IMG/VR virus record: IMGVR_UViG_2869221657_000003
Coordinates: 20,732-84,731 of that record
Strand: one strand, 5' to 3'
DNA length: 64,000 nucleotides
Source of the DNA: a virus
Taxonomy: Duplodnaviria > Caudoviricetes
The notes under the pieces were generated by a model that saw only the letters and a list, made by a program, of their open reading frames with translations, did no database searches and had not been told where the DNA came from. Of the stretch, positions 46,661 to 56,687 are shown one piece after another. How positions within the stretch are numbered: the stretch's first letter is position 1; each line of letters opens with the position of its first letter. Made by a program: the position numbers and the translations under genes.

Positions 46661-47548
46661 TTGATGTCGGACTATCTCAAGATCGAGCTAATTGGTCGAG
46701 ATGATTCGCATTGGGTGTTGTCCGGGCCGGGGGCGGGCGAACAGAAAGTAACCCTTTCACCTGGTTCTCTGGAGCAGTTCTTTGATGCTCCGGTTAAGAC
46801 TCTGTTTGTTCCGGGGCCGTTTGGTGAGGAATACGCGGGTAAGCGTGCTCAGCGCCGCGAGATTGTTTTCACGGTTCAGGCGTGGGATGAAGACCCTGAA
46901 ACCTGGTCGACTGTCGATTCGGCTTGGCGCTGGGCGTGGGATTACGACGAAGAATCAACTATCCGGGTCACCACCAGTGATGGTGTTCGCTGGCTGAAGG
47001 TGCGCCTTTTGGAGGCTCCTAAGCCTTATTACGAAAAGGACCCGCATATCACTGCGGATAACCCAATCGTTATGACGGTTACGGCGACGTTCCCGTATTG
47101 GCAGGAAGAACCTAGGACTTACGTCTGGACGACGTTAGAAATTAATGACCGGACGACTTTCCCGGTTCGCAATGACGGTGATGTTCCGGTTTGGCTGCGG
47201 TGGACGTTGACCGCGCCCGGCTTGTGGACTTTGCCGGATTTCAGCTGGCGCAATGACATGTACTCGCGGGGGGATGAGGACGCGGGGCGCACGATTGTGC
47301 TGCCGGAGCTGCGGGCTGGTGAGCATGTGTCGGTTGATTCCGACCCGCGTGTGCAGACGATTGTGTCGGCGAATGGTATGCCGACGCAGAACCGCTGGAA
47401 GGGCAACGATCTTCTTTATCCGCTAATGCCCGGTAAGGGCGCGGACATTCCTGTTCGGGTTCAGAATGCGACTACTGGTGCGGCGTGCAAGCTGGTTGTT
47501 TCGCGCTGGTTTTCGCGTCCGTGGTCGCGGCCTAAGGCTCGGCGCTAA
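46661..47548 (+). CDS. Distal tail (Dit)-like minor tail protein
   Basis: First gene after the TMP; typical size. Confidence 0.8.
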   Translation: MMSDYLKIELIGRDDSHWVLSGPGAGEQKVTLSPGSLEQFFDAPVKTLFVPGPFGEEYAGKRAQRREIVFTVQAWDEDPETWSTVDSAWRWAWDYDEESTIRVTTSDGVRWLKVRLLEAPKPYYEKDPHITADNPIVMTVTATFPYWQEEPRTYVWTTLEINDRTTFPVRNDGDVPVWLRWTLTAPGLWTLPDFSWRNDMYSRGDEDAGRTIVLPELRAGEHVSVDSDPRVQTIVSANGMPTQNRWKGNDLLYPLMPGKGADIPVRVQNATTGAACKLVVSRWFSRPWSRPKARR

Positions 47549-49311
47549 TGGCGGGCGGGTGGACGGACATTCTGTCCAAAGCTGGCGGCAATGCGTGGTC
47601 GGCGCTAGATGCGATTGATGCGGCGGCTGCGGAAGTTCGGCAGGGCAATGAATCGCTAAGGCGAGCTAAGCCCCTGATCCGTTTGTGGATGAACGATCCG
47701 GACGGTGGGGCGGGCCTGGTCTATGTCGGTCGCGTCGATTACGACGACACTATTCGTGGATCGTTCCCTTTTAAGAACAACACGCCATCTCAGGGTGTTA
47801 TTGAGCTGCGGGACGAACACTATTTGGCGATATGGCTCAAGCAGTTGCCTAATAATCCGGAGCTTAAGAAGAACGTTGTTATCACAGTTGACTTTTACGG
47901 CGGCAAAAAGCGCTGGTCGGGAATGCTTGATCGGTGGACGATCAAATCTAAGGACCATGTTAAGTATCTAGAGGTCACGTTTAACGACGACCTTACTATG
48001 CTGCAATACCTGCTGTGTCCGCCTAATCCGTTCTTGCCGATTCCGGCATTTCAATTTCCGCGCGTATTTGGCCTGGCCGGACCGGCAAAGTGGGCAATTT
48101 CTGTCGTAATTTTGCTCAATCTAATTCGGGTTCAGACGAGTGTCTATGGGCTCCCTGATGATCCGTTTAGTTTGGACTCTTGGGGCGATGCTCTCGACTG
48201 GTCGGACTGGCAGTGTTTCATTAAGGCTAACCCGTTCAACCTTGACGATAGTGCGGTGTGGACGTTCCTGTCCGCGCGTATGAATCCGGTTGACTCGGTG
48301 ATCGCGGACGCTCTTGACGATGCGCAGTTGACTATTACCTACCGCCGCGTTCTTACGGTTGATGGTGAAACAGCGAGCGGCTTTATTGGCGCTAACGCGA
48401 TTAAGAATGGCGCGCTGGTGTTTGAGGTAGTCGACAACAGTAACGCGACGGCGCTGGAGGGCACGTTCTTTGAGGGGACCATCATTGATGGCTTCGTTCG
48501 GAGTGTCCTGCTTTACGGTGGCGGGTTTGTTGAGGACACGCTTAGTGTTGTTGGTGGCGATCAGACGTTGCAGCCTGATGAGTATTACCAGTCCGGGTTC
48601 CTTGGAACTATGGCGAAAATGCCGTGGCTGGTTATTCGGGATACTGAGTGGACGCCTATTGAGTCGTCTGACTTGTCTTGGGGACCGGCTAAGAACGTTA
48701 GCGTCGTGGTTGGTGGTGATAATCCGGCTGCGGATGCTGTCGCCAAGCTGATTATTGAGACGACCGGCAACCTGCTTGGCTATTTCCTGCTTGGCGGGTT
48801 TAGCTCGGCGGGCTCTATCGCGTCGGACATCATTATGCCGTTCCTGGTCGGAACCATCGCGGCCTGGCTGCATTGGAAGAACACCGGTAGGGCTACGCAG
48901 CTTGGTTGGGTCCATTACTGGGAGCTGTATCAGCAGGGCGCGGAGTCAAATAGCTGGTCGCTGGCGGCTCTATCGGCTTTGCGTGGCGGGTTCCTGGTCG
49001 GCAAGGCCGAGACGATGCATTTGATGGCCCTACACGATTCGTGGGTCATTCCTGGCGTCCATATTGATATCGGGCAGCGAATGGGCTCTACCGTCAATTC
49101 TAAAGGCGTTGAAGGCATCATCTGGGTTAACCAGCTTGAGGAAATGACAGCTGCTTGGGATCACTCTGGTGGGGGGTCTACGCCTTTGTCGTGGGTCCTT
49201 AAGGCCGGTAAGTCTGATCGGGCTATGAGTGTGGGCGAGCGTGTCGCTCGCATCTCTAAGAAATTGAGTGAAGCCGTGAACAACGTGGGTGTCCACATCG
49301 TTCAGGGCTAA
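47548..49311 (+). CDS. Minor tail / baseplate hub protein
   Basis: Second gene after the TMP; PLIRLW...FKNNT...KRWSG. Confidence 0.8.
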   Translation: MAGGWTDILSKAGGNAWSALDAIDAAAAEVRQGNESLRRAKPLIRLWMNDPDGGAGLVYVGRVDYDDTIRGSFPFKNNTPSQGVIELRDEHYLAIWLKQLPNNPELKKNVVITVDFYGGKKRWSGMLDRWTIKSKDHVKYLEVTFNDDLTMLQYLLCPPNPFLPIPAFQFPRVFGLAGPAKWAISVVILLNLIRVQTSVYGLPDDPFSLDSWGDALDWSDWQCFIKANPFNLDDSAVWTFLSARMNPVDSVIADALDDAQLTITYRRVLTVDGETASGFIGANAIKNGALVFEVVDNSNATALEGTFFEGTIIDGFVRSVLLYGGGFVEDTLSVVGGDQTLQPDEYYQSGFLGTMAKMPWLVIRDTEWTPIESSDLSWGPAKNVSVVVGGDNPAADAVAKLIIETTGNLLGYFLLGGFSSAGSIASDIIMPFLVGTIAAWLHWKNTGRATQLGWVHYWELYQQGAESNSWSLAALSALRGGFLVGKAETMHLMALHDSWVIPGVHIDIGQRMGSTVNSKGVEGIIWVNQLEEMTAAWDHSGGGSTPLSWVLKAGKSDRAMSVGERVARISKKLSEAVNNVGVHIVQG

Positions 49312-49438
49312 TTGGAATGAACACCCGCGTACCTACTGGCGTGGGCAGCTCATGTAAATGCTGCCGTAAATCGAGTCCGGGTTGTCCGTCCATGCCGAGG
49401 GACGTAAAGGCATGGCACAAAACTTAAGAGGGGGCGAG

Positions 49439-49885
49439 TTGGCTAAGACGCAGGCCGAATGCGATTTGGACGACCCAAGGGAAATGTTTGCGTGGATGTT
49501 TGCGGCTGGCGTTCCTGACGAGCGATCTAGCGGCAAGTTCCCTAATCAGCCGTTGATTCCGCCGATGTGTTATGGCGCGCTTAGCGAAATGCTCTACAAG
49601 ATGGGTGCCCGGTTCCATCCGGAGGAACAGCAGTTGTGGGTTGAAGCGGGCAGTGGTCCGCATAGCAATTTCCAGGTTGCTAAGACTACGGACGTTAAGC
49701 CGGAAGAAATTGCGCCCAATGTCGCGGAGATGGTCAGTGATCAGTATCCGGACCTTGCAAAGAGGTTGGCGGATGTAACGCCGGAGACGCATAAGGAAGC
49801 TCTGGCTGAGATTTCTACGAAGTTGCTGGCGAATTTGGATCAGCTGAGGGCGGCGCGCGCCCGCTTGGAGGGGGGCGAGTCGTAA
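49439..49885 (+). CDS. DUF2744-like minor tail protein
   Basis: TQAECDLDDPREMFAW...LYKMGARFHPE. Confidence 0.7.
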   Translation: MAKTQAECDLDDPREMFAWMFAAGVPDERSSGKFPNQPLIPPMCYGALSEMLYKMGARFHPEEQQLWVEAGSGPHSNFQVAKTTDVKPEEIAPNVAEMVSDQYPDLAKRLADVTPETHKEALAEISTKLLANLDQLRAARARLEGGES

Positions 49886-51046
49886 ATGGGCTCTCTGCCA
49901 AACCAGGCCGCTGGTCTAGATGGCGGTGCGTGGCTGGCTCATTGGGTCAGCCAGAACGATCTAAGCAAGCTTGCGCACCGTACCGAGGATGAGATTCGGG
50001 ACTATTTCAACGGTTTGATGGGATTGTCGACGCCGTGGGTCAATGCAGCCCAGGCTTTCTTTCAGGGCATCCTTAAGGGCTTTCAGAACCTTGAGCATTT
50101 CCTGGCGTTGATGGTTCAGTCGATCACCGGGGCAGCCAATCAGGGTCTTACGTACCTGGCGGGCTATATGCATGACCGCTGGGTTGACCTAACGACGCTG
50201 TTTACCAAGATTCAGTCGCTTCTAGATGCGATTGGTCAGGCTTTCTGGGAAACCTTAGATACCGGTTTTGGTATCACCGACACTTTCAATGCGATTAAGG
50301 GTCTGCTGGGCCTTGGTCGTGGTGCTCAGGAAAGCGCTGACACTGCGAACATTGGTGTGCAGATTCTTAAGTTGCAGGGCAATCCTGGCGTGACGGGTTA
50401 TGACGAGTTTGATTACCCGTCTGCGGGCACTTTGCCTAGCGCTATCTACGATTTGTATGCGGGTGGGCCTGGCGGTGGAAGTTACGGCCCTAGCGGTAGT
50501 GGATTCCTTACGTGGAAGTCGTCTGGTACTTCCTTGCGGTGGAATATCTATCGACATAAGGCTTCGACCCTTTCTACGGATTACGGGTCTGTCACGGCGG
50601 TGTGGGCTAGGAGTGTCCCGTCCGCGATGATCAGCAACGACGGTTATGGCTATTTGTGTGGCCGGTTTAGTAACACGTCTTCTGCGACGCATGTGCGGGC
50701 TCGCGTTAGTGACACGCAGGTTCAGATTCAGGCGGTCGTGGCGGGCGCGGTAACCAATATTGGTTCTCCTGTATCGGTGACTACTAAGAGTGGTGACACT
50801 TGGGAATTTCGTTACGGCAATAAAGCTACTGCCAATAAGTACGAGTTCAAGGTAATTCAGAACGGCACGACTGTTCTAACGGTTAACGACAGTAGCCATG
50901 TATCGGTGCTGGAGTCGTCGCCTGGTGCTGGCGATTTTCGCCAGTGTGGTTTTGGCGGTCAGGCGAGCCTTTGGTGGCCCGCTTTGTCGGTGCCTGGGCA
51001 GGCTGGTCCCCCGTTGATGGCGGGCTGGACGTGGGCCGATCAATAA
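49886..51046 (+). CDS. Minor tail protein
   Basis: Helical N-terminus, beta-rich C-terminus; synteny. Confidence 0.7.
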   Translation: MGSLPNQAAGLDGGAWLAHWVSQNDLSKLAHRTEDEIRDYFNGLMGLSTPWVNAAQAFFQGILKGFQNLEHFLALMVQSITGAANQGLTYLAGYMHDRWVDLTTLFTKIQSLLDAIGQAFWETLDTGFGITDTFNAIKGLLGLGRGAQESADTANIGVQILKLQGNPGVTGYDEFDYPSAGTLPSAIYDLYAGGPGGGSYGPSGSGFLTWKSSGTSLRWNIYRHKASTLSTDYGSVTAVWARSVPSAMISNDGYGYLCGRFSNTSSATHVRARVSDTQVQIQAVVAGAVTNIGSPVSVTTKSGDTWEFRYGNKATANKYEFKVIQNGTTVLTVNDSSHVSVLESSPGAGDFRQCGFGGQASLWWPALSVPGQAGPPLMAGWTWADQ

Positions 51047-51055
51047 GGGGGGTTT

Positions 51056-51316
51056 ATGAGTGTGTTTGTTGATGGGCATTGCCATCTTGATAGCGCTTCG
51101 GTGATGTTTTCCGTGCTGGAGGAATTGGCTGGCGGGAATGCGGCTAAGTACCGGGGGCGTGTCCAGGTTTGGCCGGTGGGTGAAGCGGCTTCGTGGTCAC
51201 TGGAGCTGCACGACGCTAAGGACCGGCTTACGCAAGCCGTTATTGGTGATCACCTGATTTTGACGTACGGGCTTCTAGTGAAGGTCACGGACGAGGAATA
51301 TCGGGAAGGGGCGTAG
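51056..51316 (+). CDS. Hypothetical virion-region protein
   Basis: RBS and synteny. Confidence 0.55.
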   Translation: MSVFVDGHCHLDSASVMFSVLEELAGGNAAKYRGRVQVWPVGEAASWSLELHDAKDRLTQAVIGDHLILTYGLLVKVTDEEYREGA

Positions 51317-51613
51317 ATGGCCCGCCAGGTATTCATTGAGCGCCTACGGAAAGACCCAATCGAGCGGTTGGATTACACCTTCCCGTGGGGTGGGTTTCTA
51401 GCCCCTATTGATGACCACATCGTTGATGCGGAAATGCTGATTGAGGGCGATCCACAGTTGCAGGTTTGGCTGTCGCAATTCTCTGAGTTTGACGCAACGG
51501 TCGGCATTAGTGGCGGCACCTTGGGTGCTAAGCCAGCTGTTTCGTGCGTGATTACGACGAGCGCGGGCCGCGTCTTTAAGCGGTCTATCCAAGTCGCAAT
51601 TATTAAGCGATAG
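51317..51613 (+). CDS. Virion structural protein (KDP...LDY..W family)
   Basis: KDPIERLDYTFPW; paralogous to the C-terminus of 52776..53489 (KDPNARLDFGVDW). Confidence 0.6.
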   Translation: MARQVFIERLRKDPIERLDYTFPWGGFLAPIDDHIVDAEMLIEGDPQLQVWLSQFSEFDATVGISGGTLGAKPAVSCVITTSAGRVFKRSIQVAIIKR

Positions 51614-51626
51614 GGAGTAGTTATTT

Positions 51627-52007
51627 ATGTCGGGCTTTACTGTTTATTTTGTTAATCATGTGTTGGAACACTGCCTGGGTGGGGTTCTTTGGACTCCACC
51701 AACGGACGTGTATTTGAAGCTTCATAAGGACGATCCCGGCCCTGATGGGTCGGCTAACGCGTCTGTTGTGACGACCCGTAAGCGTGTCTCGTTTTCATCG
51801 GCGTCGGGTGGCGCTATCACGGTGACTAACGACATTAGTTGGACGATGGCGTCTCCGGAGAGTATCGGCTGGCTTAGCGGGTGGGATTCCCTGAGTGCCG
51901 GTAATTGTTTGTTTACGGTGAAGCTGGAGGCTTCTAAGAACCTGTTTTCTGGTGATACGGCGAATCTTCCGGCTGGGCTGACGTTGCGGCTATCGGCAGG
52001 TGCGTAG
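51627..52007 (+). CDS. Minor tail protein
   Basis: YLKLHKDDPG...WDSLSAGNCLF motif. Confidence 0.65.
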   Translation: MSGFTVYFVNHVLEHCLGGVLWTPPTDVYLKLHKDDPGPDGSANASVVTTRKRVSFSSASGGAITVTNDISWTMASPESIGWLSGWDSLSAGNCLFTVKLEASKNLFSGDTANLPAGLTLRLSAGA

Positions 52008-52765
52008 TGGCAGTATTTTTTGACGCTACGGGGGCGGGTGATCTTTATTCAGCTCCGCAGATTTCTTTGGTCGATCCGTCTATTTCGTGGAAGCACACTG
52101 CTAGCGGTTCGCAGATCGGGGTGCTTGTCGCTCTGGGGTTCTGGGGTGCCGGTGCTGTTCTGAGCGATTTGACGCGGACTGTTAAGTACGCGGGCGAGAA
52201 GATGATTTCTCTGGGTGTCGAGCAGTGGGACACCGTTGATGGTTGGACTGAGCTGTTTGGCCTGACTGATGTCCAGGCGGGCACGGCGACGGTCACGGCG
52301 AAGCTGACTGGTGGGCCATTGGCTACAGGGCGGCGGCTACGTGGCGGGTCGGTGTCATATACCGGCGTAGACGATTTCGTGACTGTTGCGAAGGCTCACG
52401 GGGCTTCTACAGGGCCGCTACTCATGTCGAACACGGGGCCGCTGGCGTCTCGCGTGGTTCAGGCGTTCGCGTCGCGGTACGTGGGCTTTACGGCCTACAA
52501 CCAGACTCAGCGGTACTTGAGTAATACGGGAGTCGCCCTGGTTATTGGGGACGGGGCTGGCACGGGTGGACCTACGTCGTTCTCTACGGCGCGTTCCGCT
52601 TCGGGCGGCTGGTCTGGAGTCTCTGTTGTCGCAACTCCTGCCGACAGCGTTTTGACCGCTGGCAGCTTGTCTGGAGACACGTCGTTCTCCGTGCCCGGCT
52701 TTCGCCGTTTAGCGCGACCGGGGATGCCACGTCGGACGCTGCTGCGTAACCCACCAGAAAGGTAA
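52007..52765 (+). CDS. Minor tail protein, beta-rich
   Basis: Resembles the repeated domains of 54001..56439. Confidence 0.65.
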   Translation: MAVFFDATGAGDLYSAPQISLVDPSISWKHTASGSQIGVLVALGFWGAGAVLSDLTRTVKYAGEKMISLGVEQWDTVDGWTELFGLTDVQAGTATVTAKLTGGPLATGRRLRGGSVSYTGVDDFVTVAKAHGASTGPLLMSNTGPLASRVVQAFASRYVGFTAYNQTQRYLSNTGVALVIGDGAGTGGPTSFSTARSASGGWSGVSVVATPADSVLTAGSLSGDTSFSVPGFRRLARPGMPRRTLLRNPPER

Positions 52766-52775
52766 GGGGGTTTAA

Positions 52776-53489
52776 TTGCCGACGCTTTTTACAATGAACG
52801 CGGATATCAACGATTTTGTAGCGGGCGCTTTTACGGGCGCTGCCGGTGCGAAGATCATCTTCACCCTTAACGTTGGTGGTCTCGTTAAGGTTACGGACAC
52901 TGAACGTATTTCACTGTTGTCCGTTAAGCCGGTGGTCGGGTATATCCGCTCGGACGGTCGCATGTATGACTCGCCAGCTATTTCGGCTTCGCCTTTTGAT
53001 GTTGGCGACCCCGGCAAGCTGGGTGTGCGGCTACTTGCTAACGCGGCCACCTTCCTTTATCCGGGCGACGTGTCTTATCACGTAGTCGGGTATCGGTTGG
53101 TCGATGGTGTGATGACCAAGTTTATCGAGTTCTACACCGGGGCTGTCCCGGCTTCCGACTCGGCGGCGAACTTGGCTGATTTCATGCCTAATCCGGCTGC
53201 GCCTGAGGGTGCGGTGAAGTTTAAGGACCCTAACGCCAGGCTCGATTTTGGTGTCGATTGGGGCGGGGCGCTACTTGGCGGCGATGTGATCGTGTCGTCA
53301 ACGTGGATTATCTCTGAGACTAACGACGGAATCCTTGTTATTGATGACGATTCGTTTACAGCGACTCGGGCGACGGTTTGGTTGACCGGGGGAGCTGTTG
53401 GGTTCACATACAAGGTGACTAACCGGATCGTGACGGCTGCTGGCCGTATTGATGATTGGACTTTGCGGGTCAAGATTCTTGATCAGTAA
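52776..53489 (+). CDS. Minor tail protein
   Basis: Synteny; C-terminal KDP domain. Confidence 0.65.
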   Translation: MPTLFTMNADINDFVAGAFTGAAGAKIIFTLNVGGLVKVTDTERISLLSVKPVVGYIRSDGRMYDSPAISASPFDVGDPGKLGVRLLANAATFLYPGDVSYHVVGYRLVDGVMTKFIEFYTGAVPASDSAANLADFMPNPAAPEGAVKFKDPNARLDFGVDWGGALLGGDVIVSSTWIISETNDGILVIDDDSFTATRATVWLTGGAVGFTYKVTNRIVTAAGRIDDWTLRVKILDQ

Positions 53490-53537
53490 GTCTTGCGTTT
53501 ACAACTTAATCCAAAAATAGAATAGAGGAATAAAAAT

Positions 53538-53960
53538 ATGGCTGCTGGACAGTGGGTTTTTACTAACAACACTCGTACCAAGATTCTCGATGGCACTTTC
53601 GCCTCGGGTGGTTCTTACAAGATGTGCTTGCTTACCAGCTCTAGCAATATCAGTGCGTCGTCTACGTCTTATGCCAGCCTGACTGGTGAGGTTGGTACGA
53701 CTAACACGGGATATGCGACTGGTGGCATTTCGGTTATTCCGGTTCTGTCGGGTACTACGTCGGTGACGTGGAAAACGAATAACCCTCAGTGGACTGCCGG
53801 TTCAGCTGGCCTTACGGCGAAGTTTGGCGCTATTTACAAGGTCGGTGGCGACGTTGTGTGTTACGTGCCTCTTGATTCGGGTGGCGCTGATGTGACTACG
53901 ACTAGCGGTAACACGCTGACGGTGGATTGCACGACGAATCCGGTCTTCACGCTGGCCTAA
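53538..53960 (+). CDS. Minor tail protein
   Basis: Ser/Thr/Gly-rich beta protein with a strong RBS. Confidence 0.65.
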   Translation: MAAGQWVFTNNTRTKILDGTFASGGSYKMCLLTSSSNISASSTSYASLTGEVGTTNTGYATGGISVIPVLSGTTSVTWKTNNPQWTAGSAGLTAKFGAIYKVGGDVVCYVPLDSGGADVTTTSGNTLTVDCTTNPVFTLA

Positions 53961-54000
53961 GGCAACCCCTTGTTTTCCCTAATGGAAAGGGGGTGAGTTT

Positions 54001-56439
54001 ATGGCGGCTGTTTTTGATGTAGCGGCGGGATCGGCGTTTCTAACTACGTCGGCGCTTACCTTTTCTGCGACGGTGACTGCGGGCACGACGGTCCTGGCGT
54101 TTGTCGGGTTCACTAATACGTCGAACAACTCGTCTATGACGGTGACGTACGGCGGAACTGCTATGACGCAGATCGGGACGCCGTTCCTGTTTGGGACGCA
54201 CGTCTATTCAAGTGCGACGTATTACGACCAGTTGGCGGTGTTCAAGCTAGAAAATGCGCCCGGCGGATCGCAGAATGTTGTGGTCACGCCTGGCGTGTTC
54301 GTTAGCTCTGGCCTAAAGATCGGTCTGGTTTCCTATTCAGGCGTCGGATCGGTTAGTGCTAAGCAGACGGCTACCGGCACGGGTACCGGCATGTCGCAGA
54401 CTGTTACGTCGTCGCCTGGGAATGTTGTTGTTCAGGCATTCCAGTGTCCGTTTGGCACGGGAACGGTCAGTGGCTACAACCAAACGTCGCGGTGGAACGT
54501 AACTACCTCTAGTTACAACACGGCGATGATCGTTGGTGAGGCGGCTGGCGCTTCTAGTGTGACGTTCACCGGCACACAGAATGCGGCAAACCTGTATGGC
54601 GGTGTGGCCGTCGAGCTGACGCCTGCCGCGACGGTTATCACGCCGTCTCCGGTGACTATCTCGCTGACTGGTGGGACGCCACCGCTGAATGGGCAGACGG
54701 TGATTATGCCGACTGCGGCGTCTTTGTCGCTTGTGCGTGGGACGCCTTTGGTTGCGGGCACTTCGTCTATGGCGTTCGATTCAGTGGCGGGCTCGGCTGT
54801 TAATGGTGCCGGTTTGTCGCTTACGGCGACGGTCACAGCGGGTAGTACAGCGTTGCTGTTGGTCAACTTTACGAACGCGGCGAACAACACGACGATTTCT
54901 GCCACTTTCGGCGGTACAGCGATGACGCAGGTCGGGACGCCTCAGTTTGTCGGTACTACTTCTGGCGGCGGATACACATATTACAGCTATCAGACGGTGT
55001 TTAAGCTGCCGAATGCGCCGGGCGGCGCTAAGGCTGTCGTTATCACTCCGGCTGTGACTAGTCAATCTGGCATTAAGGCTGCAATTTTAGCTTATGTCGG
55101 TGTGGGCGACGTCGGTAACGTTCAGTTCGCCAGTGGTACTGGCCCGAATCTGTCGCATACGTTTTCTTCGGCGTCTGGGCACATCTTGGCGCACGGTTTC
55201 TTTGCGCCGCTTGGTACGGGCGTATTGAGCGGTTATAGCGGTCGTGAGCGTTATGACGTGGCTACTAGTGCTTGGAATGTGGCTTCGGCGTTTGGCGATA
55301 TCGACGGGGCGAGTACCGTAACGGTTTCGGCGACGGCGAGCGCGAGTGGTCCGTGGGGCAGTATTGCCGTCGACCTGACGCCCGCTAACCCGAATATCAC
55401 GGTTAAGCCGACCAGCGCGGTGTTGACGTTGCAGGGCGGTTCGTCGTCGCTGTTTGGTTACATGCTCGGCGGCAAGTTGGGGGCTGGGCAGAACGTCATC
55501 GTTCAGGTCATCGGCGACTCGACTGCTTATGGTTCTTTGGACGAGCAGTGGTCAAGTCAGTACGGTTGGCCCGGTCGGTTGTGTATTGCTTTGGGGCAGT
55601 ATTACAACGCTAACGTTCGGGTGTTGGCATGGAATTATCCGTCCAATACGGCGTATAACCCGGCGGTCACTATCTACACCAGTTTGAGTCCTTCGGCTCC
55701 GACGATCACGCTTATGTTGGGTGGTTGGCCTGGCGCTACGGGCGCTAACTATCTGGGGCAGCAGGCGGCGATGTTGCCTGTGTCTAACCCGGATGTGGTG
55801 TTGATCAATACTGGCTTTAACGAGACGAGCCTTAGTGCGTACCTGACGAATTACCAGAGTTTGATGACGGTTGTTAACACTCGGTGCCCTGGTGCCCCGA
55901 TTATTGTTACGACGCAGAATCCGACGACGATTGCTAATGAGCAGTTCCATTCGTTGACGTTCGCTCAAATCTTCGGCGGTTTAGTTAATCTGTTTGTTCC
56001 GGGTAGCACGCTGCCGTTGGTGCCAGCTTTGCAGCAGTCGCCAGTGTTTAGCAATACGTGGATTCTGGATACTAAGCAGATTCCGGGCTGGACTGCTTCG
56101 GATTTGAACTCTGACGGGTTGCATCCGAACGCGTCCGGTTATGCGAAGCAGGCGGCCTATATGTTCGCTCAGCTGGTGCAGACCAGTACCGATATTGGCG
56201 GGAATCAGCCGGTCATGGTCCGTCCGACTTCTGCTGCCCTTTCGCTCACGCGGGGGACGGCGACGTTGGGCCGGAAGGTGTTGCCGACTGGTGCCGTGTT
56301 GACGCTTCAGGGCGGCTCTAGTGGTGTCGCTATTGGGCAGTCGAATCTGTTGCGTTTGATTCCGGGTAGGCCGGGTGTCTATTTCTGGAGCCTGGTTACG
56401 CCCAGAGAGCGGATGGATGTTGTGCCTTCGGGCAGGTAG
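54001..56439 (+). CDS. Tail fibre / receptor-binding protein with two beta repeats and an SGNH (GDSL) hydrolase domain
   Basis: VIGDSTAYG (block I), INTGFNE (block III), DGLHPNASGY (block V). Confidence 0.8.
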   Translation: MAAVFDVAAGSAFLTTSALTFSATVTAGTTVLAFVGFTNTSNNSSMTVTYGGTAMTQIGTPFLFGTHVYSSATYYDQLAVFKLENAPGGSQNVVVTPGVFVSSGLKIGLVSYSGVGSVSAKQTATGTGTGMSQTVTSSPGNVVVQAFQCPFGTGTVSGYNQTSRWNVTTSSYNTAMIVGEAAGASSVTFTGTQNAANLYGGVAVELTPAATVITPSPVTISLTGGTPPLNGQTVIMPTAASLSLVRGTPLVAGTSSMAFDSVAGSAVNGAGLSLTATVTAGSTALLLVNFTNAANNTTISATFGGTAMTQVGTPQFVGTTSGGGYTYYSYQTVFKLPNAPGGAKAVVITPAVTSQSGIKAAILAYVGVGDVGNVQFASGTGPNLSHTFSSASGHILAHGFFAPLGTGVLSGYSGRERYDVATSAWNVASAFGDIDGASTVTVSATASASGPWGSIAVDLTPANPNITVKPTSAVLTLQGGSSSLFGYMLGGKLGAGQNVIVQVIGDSTAYGSLDEQWSSQYGWPGRLCIALGQYYNANVRVLAWNYPSNTAYNPAVTIYTSLSPSAPTITLMLGGWPGATGANYLGQQAAMLPVSNPDVVLINTGFNETSLSAYLTNYQSLMTVVNTRCPGAPIIVTTQNPTTIANEQFHSLTFAQIFGGLVNLFVPGSTLPLVPALQQSPVFSNTWILDTKQIPGWTASDLNSDGLHPNASGYAKQAAYMFAQLVQTSTDIGGNQPVMVRPTSAALSLTRGTATLGRKVLPTGAVLTLQGGSSGVAIGQSNLLRLIPGRPGVYFWSLVTPRERMDVVPSGR

Positions 56440-56687
56440 TTAATTTCTGTGCGGCCTAATGCCCGCCAATCTTGTTTGTTGGGTTGGCGGGCATTGCCGT
56501 GCCTATTTATGGGGGAGTTAAAGATGATTGAGCGTCTTGCAGGCCCGCCCGAAGTTCGTTGCATCCTCTGCGGAGCGCCTGCCGGATGGGGCGATGGGCA
56601 TCCGAACGTTAAGCACTCGCTCTATGTCGGGCTGGCGGCGCTGGAATACCGCATCGAGCGCCTGACGCGGGCCGTTAAGGCGGCGGT

